NCBI GenBank assembly: GCA_021613535.1
Contig: CP075495.1
Location: 14,880,001-14,944,000 of the forward strand
Reading direction: 5' to 3'
DNA from: Adineta vaga
Taxonomy: Eukaryota > Animalia > Rotifera
Length of the DNA: 64,000 bases
In this document: in pieces, positions 11,989-24,771 of the stretch
Layout of the letters: every line of letters begins with the position of its first letter
How positions within the stretch are numbered: position 1 is the stretch's first letter
The notes under the pieces: model-generated
What the model was told of the DNA's origin: nothing
The model's database searches: none
Seen by the model: the letters and a program-made list of their open reading frames with translations, nothing else
Made by a program: the position numbers and the translations under genes

Positions 11989-14363
11989 TTAACACACGTG
12001 ACGAAAAAGTAAAATACAATAAGCAGGTACAATTACCATATCACTTGCGTGATATTTTCTTCCTATAATCGTCCGTTATGACTTTATCTTTACTTGTATC
12101 TAAAATTAATATCCAATTCTTTGCATATTCTTCTGTAGGTAATTTATAATTGATATATCCATAATGAGCATTAAATATAATATAAAAACTATCGTCAATT
12201 AATTGTCGACCTAACGATGATCGAGAACATATTTCTCGACCATTAATAAAAATACCAAATGATTTCGCATAATCATGTTGCCAATCTTCCACTTGCATAT
12301 GTTGACCATCGAATTTAAACCAAGCAATATCTTCGACGGTGCCAGGTTTTACAGGTTTACCACAAAACCAAGTACATCGACGAAAAACAGGATGTTGACG
12401 ACGTAAACTGATTAAGCGTTGAGTAAATTCCAATAACTGTTGATCAGCATTTTGCCAATCTAACCATGAGATTTCATTATCTTGACAATAGGCATTGTTA
12501 TTTCCCTGTTGAGTTCGACTCAATTCATCTCCTAATATTCAAATGGATAAATCAGAAAGCAATTCTTTATGTCATATAAAATTACTTACCAGCAACTAAC
12601 ATTGGTATTCCTTGTGATAAAAATAATGTTGTCAAGAAATTTCGCTTCTGACAATCTCGAAATGCATTGATATGAACATCATCGGTTGGACCTTCAACTC
12701 CACAGTTCCATGATCGATTATAACTTTCACCATCAACATTGTTTTCACCATTTCTTTCATTATGTTTGTCATTATATGTCACCAAATCATTCAATGTAAA
12801 TCCATCATGTGCTGTTAAAAAATTGATCGATGCTGTTGGTCCTCGACGTTCTTCATGATACAAATCTGAACTTCCAGTGAAACGTTCAGCAAATTCAGAC
12901 AGCATACTTGGTTGACCACGCCAATAATCTCGGACACAATCTCGATATTTTCCGTTCCATTCTGCCCAGCCTGGTGGAAACTTTCCAACTTGATATCCAC
13001 CTTCACCAAGATCCCATGGTTCAGCAAGTAGTTTCACTCGACCAATGACTGGATCTTGATGAATAATATCAAAGAAGGCACTGAGACGATCAACTGCATG
13101 AAGTTCGCGAGCAAGTGTTGCTGCCAAATCAAATCTAAACAATACAAACAATACAAACATGAAATGAACGTGTGAGTAAGAAGTGTTTTACCTAAAACCA
13201 TCAACATGCATATCTAAGATCCAATATCGAAGACTATCCATGATTAATCGAAGAACATTTGGTAATCGACAATTGAGTGTATTTCCAGTACCAGTATAAT
13301 CAAAGTAAAATCTTTTATCATCTTCAGCAAGACGATAGTAACTTCGGTTATCAATACCTTTGAATGATAATGTTGGTCCAAATTGATTTCCTTCACCAGT
13401 ATGATTATAGGCAACATCAAGAATAACTTCGATTCCAGCTTTATGTAATTTCTTGACCATTCGTTTAAATTCTAAGACTTGTTCACCATATGTTCCTGTT
13501 GATGAATATCGAACATCTGGAGCAAAGAAACCAATCGTATGGTATCCCCAATAATTCGTCAAGCCACGAAATTTAATGTGACGATCTGTAACAAAATGTT
13601 GAACTGGCATTAACTCAACAGCTGTTACACCAAGCTTTTTAAAATAAGCTATAGTTACTGGATGCGCTATTGCAGCATATGTTCCACGAATTTCTTCGGG
13701 AATATCTGGATGTAATTTTGTAAAACCTTTCACATGTAATTCATAAATAACAGTTTCATGCAATGGTGTGTTGGGTGGTGTATCACTGCCCCAATTAAAA
13801 CCATTCGAATCAATAACAATACATTTTGGAATATATGGTGCACTATCTTCAGTGTTTATTGTAAGATCTTTATCAGGTGATGGATCATGAATATCATAGC
13901 CAAATAATGAATCGTGCCATTCTAATGTACTAGTGATAGCACGTGCATATGGATCGATAAGAAGTTTGTTGACGTTGAAACGATGGCCATTGTGCGGATC
14001 AAAAGGACCATCAACACGATAAGCATAAATTTGTCCAGGTTCAAAATCCGGTAAATAGATATGCCATATTCGATGTGTTTGTTCTAGGAAAAAAAACAAA
14101 TTGGATTCATATATAAACTAGTGTATTTCTATTGAATAAATTAAATAATACATACCTTTAATATTAATTCGTGTATATTCAATTAGATCATGTTTATTTT
14201 TATGACTTGCTTCGAATAGACATAAATAAACTTTCGTTGCAAATTCTGAGTATAATGCAAAATTAATACCATGACCATCATAATATGCACCCAATGGATA
14301 TGGTCTTCCTGGAGCAGTTGGAATCATACTATCTTCCCAGTCCGAATGAAAATGTACTGGCAT
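11989..14363 (-). CDS. glgX: Glycogen debranching enzyme/isoamylase (GH13, bacterial GlgX type), copy 1; 3 introns and a C-terminal frameshift
   Basis: Motifs [44 protein letters not shown] and [12 protein letters not shown]. Introns at 14084-14155, 13135-13191 and 12532-12589. The read frame stops at 12041; the ancestral tail runs in another frame to a stop at 11989. Confidence 0.93.
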
Positions 14364-15149
14364 ATTTATTTATATGTACAGGAAAATTATTTAAGAAAAC
14401 GAATTACAGAAACAATGTACAAGTGATGAATTCTATTGAGATGAGATGAACTAATCACCTTTTATACGATTCGTCACTGCCTGAAAAGAAATGTTTCGAA
14501 TGATCGATCGATCGATCGATATATGACAATGCATTCAGAGAGGACATTTATTCTGTCCACAGAAATGTTTTCTTCTCATTCTCTTTCGTTCTATCGCTAT
14601 GATGATATAGAATTGAAAGACACATTGTATGTGAAATCATTCTTTCTAATATTTTTCTTTGGGAAAATACTTTCACTATCTGATGTAAACAAGGATTTAT
14701 AAACCTAATATCGAACTAAGATAATTGACTCAACTTTGAAATTTTTGTTACACTCAATCAAGATACTATTTTTTATTATTCAGCACATAATAAAAATATT
14801 TTCTTTTTCTCATTCAATAATGTCGTATGTCCAGTGTTAAACTATTGATTCAAAGAAACAAATTGTATTCAAAGTGGAAAAATCATTAGGTTTTAAAAAG
14901 TCTACTACAAAGTTGAATACGATAAAAACGCAAATGACGAATGTTATTCAAAAGTTGAAAAACAAAAACAACTTCACTAACGTATGATAAAAAGAATCAT
15001 CTATATCAGATTAAATGGTGGCGTATCTAAATATCCACAATTAGAAATATTTCTTGCTAATAAATTTGAAGAATTTAGTCGATAATATTCATGTAAATTT
15101 AAAATAATATTCAACGAAGAGATTGTATAAGGATATATACATGAATCTA

Positions 15150-16850
15150 ATTTAAGGCAATCATCAATTGCTGAAAGAGTAGCCTGGAGAAAATATAAGT
15201 GAATAAAGAAGATTGTATGTAAAACATGTAAAGAAATGAATTGTCTCTGTTCTTTGTAGTTGCACAAGAATTCAACATATTCAAATCTGTGTTGATGCGT
15301 GTTCGACATCAATTGAAAAACGAATGAAATATTTTTTTATACACTGACTTTCTTTAGTGAATAGTTGAAAATCTTTGAATAAGTCAATTGTTTGTATAAA
15401 TTAACCAGCAAACACACATAGAATAGCCATTGAAATCGATTAGAAACTTCTTTTCATATTGTATAACGTCCTATATACTTGACGAGTCCATGTTCATGTA
15501 GACGAAGAATATACAAGGTCGAAAGAACACCATCAATGTGAACAACTTCACGAGAAGCTAACAGGTGAACTGATCAATCTGAATAACAACTAACAAAACA
15601 ATCAAGACAATTAGATACTATTCGATTATAAGAAAGTTAGTTTCACTAATCCTCTTTCAAGACCAATATCTCAAATATCTGCTTTTCTCTTTTGCTTCCA
15701 TTTGAATATGTATGGTCTTATCTAAAGACGATAGCTAGAAAAGTGTTACCAATGAAGTGTTTGTTGATATCTAACGTTTTGGAAAGATTTTTCAATAGCG
15801 CCACGAGATAATCTGTCCGGTAGATTATTATCCATTGGAACATGACTTTGGATATAAAATATAAACAATGGAAGTGTGACATGCATGTAATCATTTTTTC
15901 ATGAAGATTGTTACCATCAATGAACATTACTTGAGTTTCGATAGCAAGACTCAAAGTGAATTCTTTTATGTGTAACATACGATGAAATAGAGATACAATC
16001 CGTGTATCATAACCAATAAGGAAAGGAGATGTTAATGAAAAGCATTTAATATTAGGCAAATCATTCTAACGAATATAAAAAATATCTATGAGTTAAACAA
16101 TACCATTAAAGAGAATATTTCGCTTTCAACTGTATTATACATTCTGTGATGAAATATCCAGGATAATCGGAAAGTTAATTACTTTGTAGGTTAGCACATA
16201 AATGATACAAACAGCAATTGGTGTATGTTAACCGATATCAAACTCTTCTCATGTATATCAAGAGATTTTGATAATGAGACAAACTTACCGTTTTCTGAAC
16301 AATGACTGATTCTTCTCCGATGCAACTTATGACAGCAATCACGGTCGAAAATTTTTCTCGACGGCTATCAAGTAATGAAAGGCAATCATCAAATTCATAC
16401 AGATTAATACGTATCCGAGTCAAAATTGTGGAGGAAAATATAGTTGATGGATAATCAATCAGTTTTAAAGATCGTTATTGGTTCATAAATGATTCAATAA
16501 TATCGAAACGCTTTAGCTTTTTGAACGAAGATAATGTATTCGCATCCAAATATATAGCATAACATTTCATGACGATTTCTTACTATCTTCACCATAAACA
16601 AGAGTAAGAACAGTTATTTGTTCTCTTGAATGCCTTGAACAGCTAATTTATCTTAATGGAAATACATGTTTTACTATTTAAAATAATGATTGACCTCGCC
16701 AAAAAGGCTATGATCTGAATGTACCGTTCTGTTTTCTTATGTACAAATGACGTTTTCATCTTCAGCCGTCGAATATCAATATAGGATTCTTGAAACGAAA
16801 ATAAAAGGACAACATCATTTTCAAAAAATACAATACAACTTTCTAGGAAT
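15150..16850 (-). pseudogene. Degraded F-box/LRR-like family gene
   Basis: Fragments RIRINLYEFDDCLSLLDSR and IKCFSLTS...EFTLSL...FIDGNNLHEKMI resemble the gene at 30133-32119 (NIKVQSLSQFVYLLDGRF; FIDENYLKKNLL). They are broken by stops and frameshifts. Confidence 0.6.
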
Positions 16851-17099
16851 CAAGAAAAATGAATCAAACAATAATTTCTTCTGTAATTTTTCGATGATGA
16901 GATAGAGAAGATAATCACATTCTTATAGCTATTGATTTGTATTTTCAAGTTTAAATGCTTCAGTTTTTCATTATTTTCGATCGTTTCTACTTAATTCTCT
17001 TGTAGGAAAATGTTAAATGAGTTGACGACGATCAAACTTTACATGAAATATCGTAAAGGAAAAAATCTATCGAAACAAATAAATATTAATATGTTCACT

Positions 17100-18377
17100 A
17101 AAACCCATGCTGACTTTGCGTATGAAAATAAATCAATTTATTGTTGAACATTGTTTTTGTGTTTTTTTATTCGTAGAGAAACTTCAAATAGTTGATGATT
17201 TCATGTAAATTCTACTAATATTTATCTGACTTTTTAATGAAACATATATAAAAAGAAAGAAACATTATTTAAAAGTTTATTGAATGTATCCATATCCACT
17301 TGGTTTCTAAGATTATAGAAAAAGAATGAATACAAAAATAGGAAGTGAAGAGTATGAAATCTTACATATTTAGTTTTTCTAATATATTTAACAAGCCATT
17401 GACTTTTTTCTATTAAACTCGTGTTACGAGTTGAACAATAACTTTGAAATTCTTCAATGAATTGACCGTATAAAACACTATTTGTTCTTGCTTTCATTGT
17501 AAATTCATATAAATTCTCTGAATGCCAACATAAACTGTGTTGTATTAAAAAAACAAATTTTTGAATATCTATTTGAAAAAGAAATCACTGCTTCTCGATA
17601 CATAATCAATCAAAAGTATTATTACCTTCAGAATTGATTTGCATATTTTTCTTGAAAAAATGATTTATCTTCTGTGTTGTTACATATGTATGTGTAACTT
17701 CTTCTACAATGAAACTTGATCGAATCGTTAAACCCTTTGATTGTACATCATAATCTGATGCTTCTTCAATATTAAAAGACCAATCTGTTGTTTCACTTTT
17801 TTTATTGACCGGTTTCTATAAAAGCTTAGAAATAATAACTACGAAACTATACAGTGAATATTATACTTCTCTATATTTCATTTTAAAACTCTCTTCAATA
17901 TCATTCGAACGATCACGAATTATTGTCGATAAAGTATTTGAACTTTTTCGAAATCGCTTTGGTTCATTTTCACATTGAGTAGAACTACTATTATCTGTAA
18001 ACGATTGAAAATAAAAATTTACCATAAATTTTTATGCAGTGAGACAAACCTGAATTATTTCGACCATTGTTAATTTGTTTGATACATTCATTTTGAAAAA
18101 AATTTAATTCTCGTATAATCGCAGGTTTAACTCGCATTGTCGATGATGTATTAGAATGCAAAAATAAATTTAATTTATCCTTTTCATTAACCATATCATA
18201 TACATTAAGTATTTCTGCATCGAAATCATTAATTTGCAAAAACATTCCAAATGATCGAATACCAATGGTGAGAATAATAATGTCGGCAATATCAGCCGCT
18301 AAATGAGTTCTAACAAATGATTCAAATTCATGGTGGTCAATAGCTCGAACAATTTTCTTTCTTTTATTGGTGGACAT
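17100..18377 (-). CDS. Multi-exon gene of unknown function (possibly decayed)
   Basis: First exon MSTNKRKK...IKIYG ends at a GT donor (about 18021). Further short exons with GT-AG boundaries continue down to about 17100. The 3' end is uncertain. Confidence 0.45.
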
Positions 18378-18632
18378 TTATTACGTATGCCAATATGCTA
18401 ATCTATGACATGAATTAGTATTTTTATACAATAGTCGTATACATTATCTCAATGAAAGCCAATCAATACTGTATTCCATTACTCGATACGACATCTATAA
18501 AAATATAGACATGTACTGTATTCATAACACGAATGGTTTAGCGAACACTAATTTTCCTTCTTTCTAAGAGTAAATTATACACAGGCATTTCGATTACGTT
18601 TTCACAAAGACAAAGAAATCAATGTAGTCTAT

Positions 18633-20045
18633 CTAATTAGTCTGTACATAAATTTCCGCTACTTGCAACAATTTCGTTCCATGTTCATCTACACCGTACG
18701 TAACTGGCACAACTTGAAAATATCGTGCTAGAACAGGAATCATAAAGAAACAATTCACTATTGAGGTCAAATTTGAATAATGTTGATCTAAAATATGGAT
18801 AAAATTTTGACTATCATTGCTTGCTTGCACAGAGAAATCAATTGGAAAACCATAGCCCATCATGCGTGGAACAAGAGATAATGTTTTAATTGATAAAACT
18901 GTTCCTAAATTAATTGTTACAAATTCATTATTAGCTGATTGAGATGACCAGTAAGTAGTTAAATTATGATCCCATACGAAAGGACTTGATATAGACCAAT
19001 TCATATTTGATGAAACTATACCATCAATGACAGTACCTAGTGGTAATTGTACGATTTGAACGGGTGTTAAATATGTTGGCCAATTACCCCAACTTGAACC
19101 ATCTGATTGATAAGCATACGAAACAAAATGGTATTGATTCTCCAATTGAAACCAACCTGCTGTTGAACCACTGATACCAATATTATGCGCACCTTGTTGA
19201 ACACGTTGACCAATATAAGGTGTGGATTGAAATTGTAAACCATATCGATCCAACGATTGATAAACACCAACAGTTGCTTGGGAAGAAAATCGATTGATAG
19301 TTGTCACACCAATAAATAGTTGTAATTGTGGACACCATTTAATATCTGTTGAATCTTCGCCGAGACTAACACGTCGATAGATAACATGTCCTTTGTATTG
19401 TAAATATAATGGCCATGTATCTTGATTTGTGGAATTGAGTTGTGCTATAGCTAGATCAGTATATGAACCAGTATCATCAGAATTCGTATAATAAACATAA
19501 ATAAGATTATCAATGAGAACCAATGATGGTTCACCAATACCATATTTTATTGACGGACCAAGATATGCAACAATAGGTTGAGGACTACTTGAATTCCAAC
19601 CAGTACCGTTCCATTTTTCATAGTTTCCATTTGGTGTTAAAGATCTTGCTAAAAATAGTTGATTTTGTGTTGCATTTGGATTTATTGTCGATGTATAACC
19701 AATATAATAATAGTTATTTATTTTAACAACACTAGGATCACATGCTGAATATGTATCAAGAGAACCAGGTGTTGGTTTCAATGCTATTTCATCTGGTGAC
19801 CATGTTTTACCATAATCATTAGAATAATGATAACGAATAACATCCCATTGGGTTGAACCTGTACCTGGTGAACATGTCCACATATGAATGAGATTATTTT
19901 TACTATCATCGATCATAATCGATGGACCATAATGATAACTACCATTAGGATAAACTTGCCATCCAGAAGAAGTACCATTTAAACCATTAAGAATAGCTTG
20001 TATTCTTGTGCATAAAAACAAGAAATACAGAACAAGAATAGTCAT
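18633..20045 (-). CDS. Secreted beta-propeller glycoside hydrolase-like protein (GH43/GH32-like) with C-terminal F5/8 type C (CBM32-like) domain; intronless
   Basis: Signal peptide MTILVLYFLFLCTRIQA. Propeller motifs YGPSI, SNDYGKTWS (Asp-box), CDPSVVK and IGEPSLV. C-terminal DHNLTTYWSS...VTINLG...FPIDFSVQASND is discoidin-like. The ORF track start at 20090 is upstream of the likely Met. Confidence 0.75.
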   Translation of the reverse strand: MTILVLYFLFLCTRIQAILNGLNGTSSGWQVYPNGSYHYGPSIMIDDSKNNLIHMWTCSPGTGSTQWDVIRYHYSNDYGKTWSPDEIALKPTPGSLDTYSACDPSVVKINNYYYIGYTSTINPNATQNQLFLARSLTPNGNYEKWNGTGWNSSSPQPIVAYLGPSIKYGIGEPSLVLIDNLIYVYYTNSDDTGSYTDLAIAQLNSTNQDTWPLYLQYKGHVIYRRVSLGEDSTDIKWCPQLQLFIGVTTINRFSSQATVGVYQSLDRYGLQFQSTPYIGQRVQQGAHNIGISGSTAGWFQLENQYHFVSYAYQSDGSSWGNWPTYLTPVQIVQLPLGTVIDGIVSSNMNWSISSPFVWDHNLTTYWSSQSANNEFVTINLGTVLSIKTLSLVPRMMGYGFPIDFSVQASNDSQNFIHILDQHYSNLTSIVNCFFMIPVLARYFQVVPVTYGVDEHGTKLLQVAEIYVQTN

Positions 20046-21129
20046 TATTATTATTTCTACCAATGAAAAAAGTACAAATGCTTCGAACAAAGATTCTTAT
20101 CAAGTACATTAATATTAGTATGGAATGAGAATATATCCAGATTGTTTTTTTTCTCAAAGCTATGTTTTCATTAACTATGTAGTCTATTACGATCAAAAAT
20201 TTCAACACATGACATGAATTAAATCGTTTGTATTTAAAATATCTTGACAAAATTTGGTGATTTTAATGTATATAAAAAAAGTGTACTCATAACTAAAACA
20301 TTTAAGAAAAACTGATTATTATTTATTGTAGTACCATAAAAAGGCTGGTCATACACTATAACCATTCTAATTCGTTTACTCAGTGTAAGCGTACTTTATG
20401 ATATCGAGATTATATCACTACCCGAATCTTATTTTAAAATGTATTTTTCAGAAGAGTTCATGCCGGAAATGAATTAGAGTATAATTCAAAATTTCTATAT
20501 AATATTGTTAAGTATTTAATTTAGTTTTATCGATCTATGCATATATATATAAATTATATATATATTATTCCTTTACTTAACGCTTAGAATATTTTGCCAG
20601 GCTGTACAAGGATCTATCATGCTTTTGCACAGCGAAGATAAGCGTGATTGAGGTTCAAAAGAAATATTCTACACCCTCCTCTTCCCTGCCTCAAGATGAT
20701 ACCCGCACCCTCTCTAAGGTTTTAGTAAATAAATGATATATATATATATCGTTAAGTAAGTCTTGATTAAAAACTGAATTATTCTGTAATTTATTTATAG
20801 TACGCAGTATTTCAAAAGTTTTTCTCATTCGAAGGGTTATTAATTACAAAATGAAAATTGTTTTTAAAGCATATCATGTTGCTATTTCTAAATTTTTAAT
20901 TGAGAAAATTAATTTCATTGTTGGATAACACTATTATAGTATTAGAACGACGGATCCGATTAGAATATTCTATTGCACAAGGATTTTCATATACTTAATT
21001 TTGTTATTAAAAATTTGAAATGACGCATTCATAAAACTATATACCAGGAGACGAACTAATACATTCGACAAAAAGAACAATTCAATCTACTCTTTATTCA
21101 GATTTGAGACAATAACAACAACAACAAGA

Positions 21130-22182
21130 ATGAATCTTGCACAAATTATGCAAATTATTTTTGGAATAATTACAACACAATTGATATTGTCACTTGCATG
21201 TTCACTATTTTTATTATTTCAATTTGCAACAAATCGGAATTTACGACAACGAACAAATAACCATATATTTATAGTTTTACTACTATTAACATTCCTACAG
21301 GTAAGCATAATGTCTTTTTCTCAAAAATATAAATCATACTAAACTTGAAACATTATTTAGAGTACGATTGAAATGCCATTGGCATTAACATTTCTTCGTA
21401 ACAATATTGCAGCATATTCATCGGATGGCTTTTGCCTTTTTTGGATTGTAGCAACATGTACACTGGATCTTGCTGGAATATTTTTAATGGCATATGCTTC
21501 AATCGAACGATATTTGTTTATATTTCATGGTAACATACTCAAACATCATCCTATTCTCTTTCGATATGCACCTTTTACATTTTGTGCTATTTATCCATTG
21601 TTATACGTTATAGGAATTTTATTTCTTGTACCCTGTCAAAATCATTTTATATATTTTGCTTTTTTATGTTCGGGTGGATGTTATCTCAATGATCCATTTT
21701 GGAATGCCATGACATGGGTTGGAAATATCAGCGCATCTGTATCCCTTATATTGTTAACCAATATTCTTCTTATTGGTCGTACACTTTATCAAAAAAATAA
21801 AATGAAACAAACGCGTGTTTGGTTGAAAAATCGAAAAATGGTTTTACAATTAGTTTCCGTTGGTATACTTTATTGTTTTGCTTGGTTACCAAGTGTTATT
21901 CTTATGTTAATTGTCACATTTCCTCCTCTAAATGTTGATACTGAACAAATATTTTTCATCTTTCAATATGTGGTTTTTATGACAAATTTTCCACCATTAT
22001 TCTATCCATTTGTTTGCCTTTCTGGTCAACCATTCATTTTAAATAAAATCAAAAATATTTTTCAACGACAACGAACTGCAGTTATTCCTTTCCAATCAAA
22101 AAATATATCAACAAAAAATCAATTAAATCCACATCATCGTCGTCGAACTAATAGAAAAAATCATATACTTCCCATGAACTAA
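21130..22182 (+). CDS. Rhodopsin-like 7TM GPCR, 2 exons
   Basis: Exons 21130-21300 and 21361-22182 with a 60-bp GT-AG intron. Motifs ASIERY, FAWLP and FYPFVCL. Paralog of 10123-11145. Confidence 0.85.
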
Positions 22183-22390
22183 TCATTGATTTTCTTTAGA
22201 TTTTAAACTGTACTAGACAAATAATCCTTAATACTTTTTCCATAATAAAGTATACCATAATTTAAAACTTATTTTGAACTATACGACTTGGATAATCTAC
22301 TTAAACGATAAAAAAGATTTATTTTTCTTTGATCATAAAAAACAACGTAACGTATAAAGCAAATCTAAATATGCAAGTTCAGATATAATA

Positions 22391-24771
22391 TTATACAACA
22401 GCTTCATGGTCTCGAATAGGATGATGCAAAAGTAAAATCGAACTATCATGCACAGTGATTGTTTCACCTGGGAGATATCTTTTGCCTTCATCACCTTCAA
22501 TAATAACTGCATCTTTGCTTGTATCTACGATTAATGTCCAATCTGCAGCATATTCTTCTCCCGGTAATTTATAATCAATATAACCATGATAAGCGTTGAA
22601 GATTATATAAAAACTATCATCTGTAACTCGAACACCTAGTGCTGTGCGATGACGCATTCCTCGACCATTGATAAAAACACCAAACGATTTTGCATGATCA
22701 TGTTGCCAATCTTCTTCTTTCATATGTTCACCGTCGAATTTAAACCAAGCAATATCTTCAATTTCACTTAATTTAACTGGTTGACCACGAAACCACGTTC
22801 GACGACGAAACACAGGATGTTGACGACGTAATTTAATTAATTTCTTTGTAAATGCTAATAGCACATTATCAGCAGTTTTCCAATCTAACCATGAGATTTC
22901 ATTATCTTGACAATAGGCATTGTTATTTCCCTGTTGAGTTCGACTCAATTCATCTCCTAATATTCAAATGGATAAATCAGAAAGCAATTCTTTATATCAT
23001 ATAAAGTTCCTTACCAGCAACTAACATTGGTATTCCTTGTGATAAAAATAATGTTGTCAAGAAATTTCGCTTCTGACAATCTCGAAATGCATTGATATGA
23101 ACATCATCGGTTGGACCTTCAACTCCACAGTTCCATGATCGATTATAACTTTCACCATCATCATTGTTTTCACCATTTCTTTCATTATGTTTGTCATTAT
23201 ATGTCACCAAATCATTCAATGTAAATCCATCATGTGCTGTTAAAAAATTGATCGATGCTGTTGGTCCTCGACGTTCTTCACGATACAAATCTGAGCTTCC
23301 AGTGAAACGTTCAGCAAATTCAGACAGCATACTTGGTTGACCACGCCAATAATCTCGGACACAATCTCGATATTTTCCGTTCCATTCTGCCCAGCCTGGT
23401 GGAAACTTTCCAACTTGATATCCATCTTCACCAAGATCCCATGGTTCAGCAAGTAGTTTCACTCGACCAATGACTGGATCTTGATGAATAATATCAAAGA
23501 AGGCACTGAGACGATCAACTGCATGAAGTTCACGAGCAAGTGTTGCTGCTAAATCAAATCTAAACAATACAAACAATACAAACATGAAATGAACGTGTGA
23601 ATAAGAAGTGTTTTACCTAAAACCATCAACATGCATATCTAAAATCCAATATCGAAGACTATCCATGATTAATCGAAGAACATTTGGTAATCGACAATTG
23701 AATGTATTTCCAGTACCAGTATAATCAAAGTAAAATCTTTTATCATCTTCAGCGAGGCGATAGTAACTTCGATTATCAATACCTTTGAATGATAATGTTG
23801 GTCCAAATTGATTCCCTTCGCCTGAATGATTATAGGCAACATCAAGAATAACTTCAATTCCAGCTTTATGTAATTTCTTGACCATTCGTTTAAATTCTAA
23901 GACTTGTTCACCATATGTTCCTGTTGATGAATATCGAACATCTGGAGCAAAGAAACCAATCGTATGATATCCCCAATAATTAGTTAAACCACGATCTTTC
24001 AAATGACGATCCGTTGTGAAATGTTGTATCGGCATTAATTCAACAGCTGTTATTCCCAGACTTTTCAAATAATCAATTGTTACTGGATGCGCTATTGCAG
24101 CATATGTTCCACGAATTTCTTCGGGAATATCTGGATGTAATTTTGTAAAACCTCTGACATGTAATTCATAAATAATTGATTCATGATATGATATGTTGGG
24201 TGGTGCATCACCACCCCAATTGAAACTATTTGAATCAATCACAACACATTTTGGAATATAGGGTGCACTGTCTTCAGTGTTTATTGTTAGATCTTTATCA
24301 GGTGATGGATCATGAATATTATAACCAAATAATGAATCATGCCATTCGAGTGTACCAGTAATAGCACGTGCATATGGATCGATAAGAAGTTTGTTGACGT
24401 TGAAACGATGACCATTGTGAGGATCAAAAGGACCATCAACACGATAAGCATAAATTTGTCCAGGTTCAAAATCCGGTAAATAGATATGCCAAATTTGATG
24501 TGTTTGTTCTAAAATGAATTTGAAAGGACATACTAATTATGAAAGAAAACTTTCACAACATACCTTTCATTCTAATTCGACTATATTCGATTAATTCATC
24601 TTTGTTGTCATGATGTGGTCGAAATAAACATAAATAAACTTTCGTTGCAAATTCTGAATATAATGCAAAATTAATTCCATGACCATCATAGTATGCACCT
24701 AGTGGGTGTGGATTTCCTGGATATGTTATTAATTTTGATTCTTCCCAATTTAAACTACACGATCCACTCAT
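22391..24771 (-). CDS. glgX: Glycogen debranching enzyme/isoamylase (GH13, bacterial GlgX type), copy 2; 3 introns, apparently intact
   Basis: Same GlgX motifs and the same three intron positions as copy 1. Full C-terminus ...[16 protein letters not shown]. Likely start MSGSCS at 24771. Confidence 0.93.

Noticed and set aside
11989-24771. Bacterial contamination as the source of glgX and the glycosidase
   Set aside because: The glgX copies have spliceosomal introns, share the local AT-rich composition and are interleaved with animal GPCR genes.
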